A stretch of DNA of 56,846 bases from IMG/VR virus record IMGVR_UViG_3300045988_088058, positions 1 to 56,846 of that record. The stretch is one strand, 5' to 3'. Source of the DNA: a virus. The translations under genes were made by a program, and so were the position numbers. Of this stretch, positions 51,466 to 56,846 are shown piece by piece (positions within the stretch are counted from its first letter, which is position 1; each line of letters starts with the position of its first letter). The notes under the pieces are model-generated. The model saw only the letters and a program-made list of their open reading frames with translations, searched no databases and was not told the origin of the DNA.

Positions 51466-51495
51466 AATATACACGAATTACCGTAAATTTGTAAA
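51466..51495 (-). promoter_or_regulatory. Class II promoter: TTTACA-N18-TATATT
   Basis: Minus strand reads GGTTTACAAATTTACGGTAATTCGTGTATATTATATATATC, upstream of the clamp gene. Confidence 0.5.
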
Positions 51496-51502
51496 CCTGT
51501 TT

Positions 51503-51748
51503 CTAAATAATTTTAAATCTTCTAAGCATATTGAGTTTTGCTTCATAAGTTCCGTTCACGGCAGCCTCCTGCATCTTAAGTACAATGAAAGGAGGTTCAT
51601 CTATATTGTTGAAACTATAGAATGTAAATAACTGGATAATAGCTTCATCGACGCCTATTTTCCCTTCTCGAAAATTCAAGGAAAGTTGACGTTTGAACTC
51701 GACTATTTTTTGATATTCTTGATAGGTTTGAACTTTTCTCATAATCAT
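51503..51748 (-). CDS. Hypothetical early protein
   Basis: 81 aa. RBS AAAGGACC. Confidence 0.5.
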   Translation of the reverse strand: MIMRKVQTYQEYQKIVEFKRQLSLNFREGKIGVDEAIIQLFTFYSFNNIDEPPFIVLKMQEAAVNGTYEAKLNMLRRFKII

Positions 51749-51756
51749 GGTCCTTT

Positions 51757-51900
51757 CTATAATACATTGTATCCAATCGCTTTCATATCTTGAGCCTCTT
51801 TCAAAATTGCTTGCTCCAAGTTGTCTTCGTATTCAACGTACTTTATAAGGTAAGCGTTAGCCGCTTCTAAGTAGAACTTGACTCTTTGAACTTTTGTCAT
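51757..51900 (-). CDS. Unlisted 47-aa ORF (MTKVQRVKFYLEAANAYLIKYVEYEDNLEQAILKEAQDMKAIGYNVL)
   Basis: First ORF behind the class I promoter and its conserved leader AAATAAAGGGG. ATG at 51900. Below the ORF-track cutoff. Confidence 0.5.
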   Translation of the reverse strand: MTKVQRVKFYLEAANAYLIKYVEYEDNLEQAILKEAQDMKAIGYNVL

Positions 51901-51937
51901 TTTGTTTACCCCTTTATTTGTTTTTCTTTATAGTTAC

Positions 51938-51996
51938 ATTATACGATAATGAAATAATAAAGTCAAGCATTTTTGTGTAAAAAGTTGAACTTTTTT
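51938..51996 (-). promoter_or_regulatory. Class I early promoter cassette
   Basis: Minus strand reads AAAAAGTTCAACTTTTTACACAAAAATGCTTGACTTTATTATTTCATTATCGTATAATGTAACTATAAAGAAAAACAAATAAAGGGG. -35 at 51961-51966, -10 at 51938-51943. Confidence 0.7.
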
Positions 51997-52027
51997 ACAA
52001 AAAAAAATAAGAGCGAAAAGCTCTTAT
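51997..52027 (-). terminator. Rho-independent terminator closing the que/dpdA operon
   Basis: Perfect 8-bp stem ATAAGAGC/GCTCTTAT (52007-52027) abutting the dpdA stop. On the minus strand it is followed by a 9-nt U-run. Confidence 0.8.
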
Positions 52028-52963
52028 CTAAAATAGTCGACGTTGACGATTTTTAATTCCTTTGAATTCATAGTTCTCTGCCCAATCCAGCATGTATTGA
52101 ACATTGAACAATGCTCGAAGTTTATAGTCTTCCACTAATTGCTCAAGACTAAAATGCGCTCCAGTTTCTTCGATAATAGATTCGATTTCAACTTGAACTG
52201 GTTTTGGCAGCCTACGAACAGCATCAATTCCTCCGTTCTTCTGTGACAAGTCAACTAGTCCTTTTGAAGTCATAATGTTTCCCATCGCTCCTGTCAACAG
52301 TACAGAAGTCGAGTCGGCGCTATAGAATGGGTGACGCTCTAATTGGCTAGTAACTGTCATCCCGAAAGCGTGAGTCTTAACATCAGGATTAGAACTGTTT
52401 CGAATAACTTGAAATACTCTTTCCATCCACTTGTCTTTGTGCTTCGTAGTCGAGTCATTGGCTGGAGATATTCCGATGTAAGGAATATGCTTGCCGCCTT
52501 CGAACGTAGTTTCAAGCATTAAGTTCAGCCATTTAAAATCTTCTCCCATATGGAAAATAGGCAAGAGCTTATCCTTTTCAATCATTCTCTCGCGCATGTA
52601 TAGATAGTTATCCCAAGAAATTTGTGGCGCCTCTAAAAGCTGTTCACGTGTCTTAGGCTGTCTAAATACACCGGGAATTTTATCGAGTTCGGCGATACAG
52701 TCGAACATTCCTACATTATCATTGACGTATTCAATGTAGGCGTCAATATCAACTTCAGCTCCCTTAGTATGAGCAGAATATGCACTAGAGTCGACGAATA
52801 GTTTAGAAGTGGTTCCAGGATTGTTCTTCTTGTGTTCAATCCACCTCTTGCCAATTCCGTTTCTTTCGTATAGCTGATTAAAAAGTCGATTAGCTCCTCG
52901 CTCTTTTAAATAATCGTCAGTGCTAATAGCATGCCCTCCGGCAAAGTACAAATTGAATCCCAT
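52028..52963 (-). CDS. dpdA: DpdA-like DNA 7-deazaguanine transglycosylase (TGT superfamily paralog)
   Basis: 311 aa. KLFVDSSAYSAH resembles the TGT catalytic DSGG(F/Y)Q block, and there is a second FYSADSTSV Asp block. The protein has only one Cys, so the Tgt CxCxxC...H zinc site is absent. It is the last gene of the que operon. Confidence 0.75.
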   Translation of the reverse strand: MGFNLYFAGGHAISTDDYLKERGANRLFNQLYERNGIGKRWIEHKKNNPGTTSKLFVDSSAYSAHTKGAEVDIDAYIEYVNDNVGMFDCIAELDKIPGVFRQPKTREQLLEAPQISWDNYLYMRERMIEKDKLLPIFHMGEDFKWLNLMLETTFEGGKHIPYIGISPANDSTTKHKDKWMERVFQVIRNSSNPDVKTHAFGMTVTSQLERHPFYSADSTSVLLTGAMGNIMTSKGLVDLSQKNGGIDAVRRLPKPVQVEIESIIEETGAHFSLEQLVEDYKLRALFNVQYMLDWAENYEFKGIKNRQRRLF

Positions 52964-52965
52964 TT

Positions 52966-53451
52966 CTACGCTCCAATCATTTTCTTAAAAGCGCTGTTCT
53001 TCGCCAATGTAGATATAACGAAGTATGAAATTAAAACGATAATGGCTTCACTGATTCCTACATAAATGACGGATTCCCAAAATGGCAAAGAGTACACAAT
53101 TCGAAGCTCAAGTGCAATAATGTAAGCATTAGCAAGAACCGGACAGACTAGTGAATACAAAGGGCTCGACATTTTAGCGACTTTCACCATGGAAATAATT
53201 CCAAGGAACGTAGCAAGTGAACCAAAGGCGACATCAATTAGTCCGAGAGGTGAAAAGAAATTTGCAATAATGGTTCCCATAACAATTCCAGGAGTCCATC
53301 TATGATTCCACAAAGGCAAAAGAACTAGAACTTCACTAATTCTAAATTGAACTGGGCCGTAGCTGATTGCAGAAAATGCAATCGTCAATGTAACATACAG
53401 GGAAGCAATAAGAGCAGTTCGAACAAGCCATAAGGTTGCGCTTCTATTCAT
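52966..53451 (-). CDS. queT: QueT-type queuosine-precursor transporter (ECF S-component-like)
   Basis: 161 aa with 5-6 TM segments. LIASLYVTLTIAFSAISYGPVQFRISEVLVLLP matches the QueT signature (..YG.(V/I)QFR.SE.L..LP). Confidence 0.7.
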   Translation of the reverse strand: MNRSATLWLVRTALIASLYVTLTIAFSAISYGPVQFRISEVLVLLPLWNHRWTPGIVMGTIIANFFSPLGLIDVAFGSLATFLGIISMVKVAKMSSPLYSLVCPVLANAYIIALELRIVYSLPFWESVIYVGISEAIIVLISYFVISTLAKNSAFKKMIGA

Positions 53452-53461
53452 TTTCGTCCTC

Positions 53462-54094
53462 CTATTTGATAAGTTGCATCAATTCAGCTCTAGCTGATGC
53501 GTCATCTTGGAAAAGCCCTCGCATAGTTGAAGTCACTGTCGTTGCTCCATGCTTCTTAATACCGCGTCCGCTCATGCAAGTATGCTCAGCCTCTACGATG
53601 ACTGCAACTGCTTGAGGATTTAGAACTTCCTGAATAGCGTCAGCGATTTGTTGAGTCAAGCGCTCTTGTACTTGAAGTCGTTTAGCATATCCTTCAACCA
53701 CTCGACCGAATTTTGAAAGACCTGTAATCTTATCCTTAGGAATGTATGCAATATGCACCTTCCCTACGAATGGAGCTAAATGATGCTCACACAAAGAGTT
53801 GAAAGGAATATTTTTCACAAGAACAAGATCTTCATGGTCAACGTCAAATGTTTTTTCAAGGTGAAGTTTAGGATCTTCGCGATACCCTACGGTATGTTCT
53901 GCTAGTGCCTTTACAAAACGGAACGGAGTATCTTGTAGTCCGTCACGTTCAGAGTCATCGCCTAATAGGCTGAACAGACCTTGAATAGCCGATTCTGCAT
54001 TGTCAAGGGCGACAATTTCATTTGTCTTAAGAGAAGAAAATCCATTTTCTCTTCCTAGTAAGTCGCCGATTTTATCTAATTGTTCAATTTTCAT
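53462..54094 (-). CDS. folE: GTP cyclohydrolase I (FolE, type IA)
   Basis: Start trimmed to MKIEQLD (ATG 54094) behind AGAGGAG. Zinc/catalytic motifs SLCEHHLAPF and EAEHTCMSGRG. Confidence 0.9.
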   Translation of the reverse strand: MKIEQLDKIGDLLGRENGFSSLKTNEIVALDNAESAIQGLFSLLGDDSERDGLQDTPFRFVKALAEHTVGYREDPKLHLEKTFDVDHEDLVLVKNIPFNSLCEHHLAPFVGKVHIAYIPKDKITGLSKFGRVVEGYAKRLQVQERLTQQIADAIQEVLNPQAVAVIVEAEHTCMSGRGIKKHGATTVTSTMRGLFQDDASARAELMQLIK

Positions 54095-54095
54095 T

Positions 54096-54890
54096 TTATA
54101 CTCCTCTTTTATTATCATATACCAGTGTATGAAGCTGTGGTAAAGGTCGAACATTGTTAAAAGCTGGATCCTGATATACTTTGTCCCATAGCCAACCTAA
54201 TTTTTCAAGTAGTCGGTCACTGATTTTCCCTTCTTCGTAGGCGTTTGCATTCCCGACTGATAAATAATTGACTGGGCGTAGCTTGTCCTTAAAGGTTTCG
54301 AACATATTTCGAGCGTAAGCTAAATCCGTATCGTCGAAGATTACAATCTTAAACGACCAGTCAAGTCCTTCCTCATTTAGGCGATCTACAATTGCTTCAA
54401 GAATTTTCATATTAGTTCGCATTCCACTTGAAGGTGGTTTAGGACTAATAGTGATATCGCTGACTTCTTTGAACCATTCTTGGAATCGAGTCCCTTGAGT
54501 TTCGAGACCGAACTTGAATCCATGCTCTTTTAGAATCGAAATCATCTTAGCCATAGGCTCGTTAAGTAAGGCAGGGTTTCCTCCAGTCAATGTCACGTGG
54601 TTACAAATCTGCTCACCTTTTTCGTTGAAAGCTAGTTTTAAGATTCGACTAGCAGCCTCATCGCCTGTAATGTATTCAGGTTCAGTAGTACCGTTCCAGG
54701 TAAAGGCTGAGTCACACCAGTTACAATGATAATCACATCCACCAGTTCGAATGAAAATGGTCTTTTGACCTATAACCATTCCTTCGCCTTGGATTGTAGG
54801 ACCGAAGATTTCCATAACAGGCATCTTCTCAGGGTCGCGAACGTTGATTCGAATCTTTCCTCTATCAGGTTGATTGTATTTATTAACCAT
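54096..54890 (-). CDS. queE: 7-carboxy-7-deazaguanine synthase (radical SAM QueE)
   Basis: 264 aa. Radical-SAM cluster CDYHCNWCDS (CxxxCxxC) and N-terminal IFGPTIQGEG. Confidence 0.9.
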   Translation of the reverse strand: MVNKYNQPDRGKIRINVRDPEKMPVMEIFGPTIQGEGMVIGQKTIFIRTGGCDYHCNWCDSAFTWNGTTEPEYITGDEAASRILKLAFNEKGEQICNHVTLTGGNPALLNEPMAKMISILKEHGFKFGLETQGTRFQEWFKEVSDITISPKPPSSGMRTNMKILEAIVDRLNEEGLDWSFKIVIFDDTDLAYARNMFETFKDKLRPVNYLSVGNANAYEEGKISDRLLEKLGWLWDKVYQDPAFNNVRPLPQLHTLVYDNKRGV

Positions 54891-54892
54891 AA

Positions 54893-55399
54893 TTATTCCT
54901 CTAATAATTCAGCGACAGTGACTTCACTGTTTCCTTCAATGAATTTCACATTCTTGAACATTTCAATTTCTCGGTCAGTGAAAATTTCATAATAGGTGCA
55001 TTCTGCACAACCTGTAGGAGTTTCCCACAATTTTATAGAGTCGATACGAGCATGCTTCCACATAAGCTCAGTGAGCACCCATGTAAGAAATCTTGACATA
55101 TTCTCAGCCGTAGTTCTAAATCCAAAGAGAACTCGCTTAGTGTCCACGGCGTTAGCTAAAGCAATAGGCTCATTTCCTTGAAGAAGGACAGCGTGGTCAA
55201 GTCGGTCGATAAATTTACCTGCGATTTTCTTAACGTGATAAAAGTCAACTACCATTCCTTGACTTGAACCATGGTCAAAAGTTTCACCTGCAAGAGAAAT
55301 TTCTACCTTGTAGGTATGCCCGTGCAAATTTGCACACTTTCCAAAATGCCCAACTAATTGATGAGCGGCATCGAATGTCAATGTTTTAGAAACTTTCAT
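54893..55399 (-). CDS. queD: 6-carboxy-5,6,7,8-tetrahydropterin synthase (QueD)
   Basis: 168 aa. FDAAHQL...CANLHGHTYKVE gives the Cys-x3-His-Gly-His catalytic/zinc signature. Confidence 0.9.
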   Translation of the reverse strand: MKVSKTLTFDAAHQLVGHFGKCANLHGHTYKVEISLAGETFDHGSSQGMVVDFYHVKKIAGKFIDRLDHAVLLQGNEPIALANAVDTKRVLFGFRTTAENMSRFLTWVLTELMWKHARIDSIKLWETPTGCAECTYYEIFTDREIEMFKNVKFIEGNSEVTVAELLEE

Positions 55400-55400
55400 G

Positions 55401-56087
55401 TCAGTTCTCCTTGTAATGAATAGGATCAGTCATTCCGTTGTCAGCGAATGCTTTCTTACGGTCAATACATGTCGCGCAAGTTCCGCAACTTTCAGCGTCA
55501 CTTTCATAACATGAACGAGTTAGGAAGTAAGGAACATCTAAATCAAGTCCCCATTTAATAACCTGTGACTTCGTCAGCGTCAATAAGTGAGCGACAAGAG
55601 AAACCTTTCCTCCAGTTCCGTACTCAATTGCGTGTGACATTGAATTGTAGAATTCAGGAGTGCAATCAGGGTAAGCGCCTCCGGCGGCATCATCTGCATG
55701 CGCGCCATATACGACATGAGAAGCTCCAACTGAGTAAGCATAGGCAGCAGCCTGTGAAAGCATTAAACCATTTCTAAATGGGACATAAGTGTCAACAACT
55801 TCTTGCTCTTTTAGAATTTCAGCATAAGATTTTCCATGAGACATTTCCCTCTTGCCTTTCAAGAGAGCTGAACTGGAACTTGAATATAGCTTCTTGTCAA
55901 TTTCGAGAACTGTGAATTTAACTCCATAGAACATTGCAACATTAGCAGCATTTTCAAGTTCAGCTTCATGCTTTTGTCCATAATTAAATGCTACTGCGTG
56001 AACATTTTTAGCGCCCCACTTATCAACTTCGATGGCTAAACAAGTAGCAGAATCGACTCCGCCAGATAATAAAACTACTGATTTCAT
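55401..56087 (-). CDS. queC: 7-cyano-7-deazaguanine (preQ0) synthase (QueC)
   Basis: 228 aa. PP-loop LLSGGVDS and C-terminal zinc cluster CYESDAESCGTCATCIDR. Confidence 0.92.
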   Translation of the reverse strand: MKSVVLLSGGVDSATCLAIEVDKWGAKNVHAVAFNYGQKHEAELENAANVAMFYGVKFTVLEIDKKLYSSSSSALLKGKREMSHGKSYAEILKEQEVVDTYVPFRNGLMLSQAAAYAYSVGASHVVYGAHADDAAGGAYPDCTPEFYNSMSHAIEYGTGGKVSLVAHLLTLTKSQVIKWGLDLDVPYFLTRSCYESDAESCGTCATCIDRKKAFADNGMTDPIHYKEN

Positions 56088-56096
56088 CTTAGCCTC

Positions 56097-56618
56097 CTAT
56101 CGAATAGCTCGTCCAAGAGTGTGAACACTTCCAAGATAGTTCAATTTGCGTTGAAGGGAAAGCTGTTCAAGTTCAGGAGTTGAAAATTCTGGATTAACTT
56201 TGTTGACGAATGGGTAAATTGAAATTCCTCCACGAGGAGTAAATAGACCCATGACTTCGATGTACTTAGGATTCATCAATTCATACAAGTCATTCAAAAT
56301 AATGTTCATGCAATCTTCATGGAAGTCGCCGTGGTTACGGAAACTAAATAGGTATAGTTTCAACGATTTAGACTCAACCATCCTGTCATTTGGAATGTAG
56401 CTGATGAAAACATTTGCAAAATCAGGCTGTCCTGTTTTAGGACAAAGTGAAGTGAATTCGTATCCGTCAAATGTTACTAGGTAATTATTTTCAGGATGCT
56501 TATTAGGGAAGGTTTCAAGAACTTCAGGATTATAATCATAATCGTATTTGGTATCTTGGTTGCCTAAAAGAGTAACGCCTGTCAATTCAGCGTCTGTTCG
56601 AGTAGTGTTTTGACTCAT
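56097..56618 (-). CDS. queF: NADPH-dependent preQ0 reductase (unimodular YkvM-type QueF)
   Basis: 173 aa. Catalytic Cys in [13 protein letters not shown], and the QueF motif E(S/L)K(S/A)hK(L/Y)(Y/F/W) as [10 protein letters not shown]. Confidence 0.88.
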   Translation of the reverse strand: MSQNTTRTDAELTGVTLLGNQDTKYDYDYNPEVLETFPNKHPENNYLVTFDGYEFTSLCPKTGQPDFANVFISYIPNDRMVESKSLKLYLFSFRNHGDFHEDCMNIILNDLYELMNPKYIEVMGLFTPRGGISIYPFVNKVNPEFSTPELEQLSLQRKLNYLGSVHTLGRAIR

Positions 56619-56682
56619 GTTCGAGCCTCCTTTATTTTTATTTTTAGCAGGATGTCAGGTTCTACAAAACTGCCTCATATAT

Positions 56683-56712
56683 ATTATACACGAATATGAT
56701 TCATTTTGTTAA
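56683..56712 (-). promoter_or_regulatory. Class II promoter: TTAACA-N18-TATAAT, proximal promoter of the que operon
   Basis: Minus strand reads TTGCTTAACAAAATGAATCATATTCGTGTATAATATATATG. Confidence 0.5.
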
Positions 56713-56752
56713 GCAATAAAAATAATCAACTAACTTTCTGCTTTATAGTTAC

Positions 56753-56781
56753 ATTATACGATAATGAAATAATAAAGTCAA
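56753..56781 (-). promoter_or_regulatory. Class I promoter core (TTGACT-N17-TATAAT), distal promoter of the que operon
   Basis: Minus strand reads AAAAATGCTTGACTTTATTATTTCATTATCGTATAATGTAACTATAAAG. The upstream GTTCAAC element is replaced here by the yhhQ terminator. Confidence 0.6.
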
Positions 56782-56791
56782 GCATTTTTAC

Positions 56792-56846
56792 AAAAAAAAA
56801 TAATCAGGAATTTTCCTGACTACTTTTTCAAAAGTCTCGAAGCAAT
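56792..56846. repeat. Exact 55-bp overlap with window positions 1-55 (circular closure)
   Basis: The string AAAAAAAAATAATCAGGAATTTTCCTGACTACTTTTTCAAAAGTCTCGAAGCAAT is present at both ends. Confidence 0.95.

Noticed and set aside
53452-53461. preQ1-II riboswitch expected upstream of queT
   Set aside because: Only 10 nt separate folE and queT, so there is no room for a riboswitch. queT is translationally embedded in the operon.
53462-54154. Long N-terminal extensions given by the ORF track (folE 54154, 11118-11864, 9198-9461, 48546-49145, 37322, 37978, 40300)
   Set aside because: The extensions overlap upstream genes or promoters and lack RBSs. Internal ATGs preceded by AGGAG-type sites give proteins that start where homologous families start.
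56792-56846. 55-bp terminal duplication as a biological direct terminal repeat or cos site
   Set aside because: An exact overlap equal to a common assembler k-mer (55) at the two ends of a contig is most simply a circularisation artefact. It contains an ordinary terminator and no recognisable end-specific features.
1-56846. Lysogeny module, integrase, attP, tRNA genes, transposases and toxin-antitoxin pairs
   Set aside because: No ORF shows tyrosine or serine recombinase motifs or a CI/Cro-like divergent switch. I saw no cloverleaf-capable segment in the intergenic regions. The genome reads as strictly virulent.

Overview
The window is a complete, circularly closed phage genome. Bases 1-55 are identical to 56792-56846, so the unique length is 56,791 bp. 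It looks like a virulent Dp-1-like siphovirus of streptococci with choline-containing cell walls (pneumococcus/mitis group). The endolysin is a Pal-type amidase with choline-binding repeats, and I found no integrase or repressor module.

About 70 CDS are present, and all but a 4.4-kb block (36.1-40.5 kb) lie on the minus strand. Modules on the circular map, minus strand unless stated:
- (a) A 7-deazaguanine module, queF-queC-queD-queE-folE-queT-dpdA (56618 to 52028). A YhhQ-like transporter (562-29) sits just across the window junction.
- (b) Replication and recombination block 1: Pol A, an SSB-like protein, a sigma factor, primase, DnaB, a DnaC-like loader and an SNF2 helicase (0.5-11.8 kb).
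- (c) A late operon from terS (35266) through portal, capsid, tail, tape measure, Dit/Tal/fibre, holins and Pal-like lysin, ending at 12076.
- (d) An 840-bp non-coding region with an iteron array (35.27-36.1 kb).
- (e) A plus-strand block of small early ORFs driven by three copies of one promoter cassette.
- (f) Replication block 2: beta clamp, Cas4-like nuclease, RecU, dUTPase, RecA, a three-subunit clamp loader, an HD hydrolase and a sigma-r4-like regulator (40.5-51.9 kb).

The main candidate system is the phage-encoded pathway that makes preQ0/preQ1 from GTP, combined with a DpdA-type DNA transglycosylase and two precursor importers. This predicts replacement of genomic dG by a 7-deazaguanine base as an anti-restriction hypermodification.

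Two families of repeated promoters, several terminators, an iteron array and a few unusual gene arrangements are also reported. All functional calls rest on motif reading and remembered family knowledge. No searches or computations were run.
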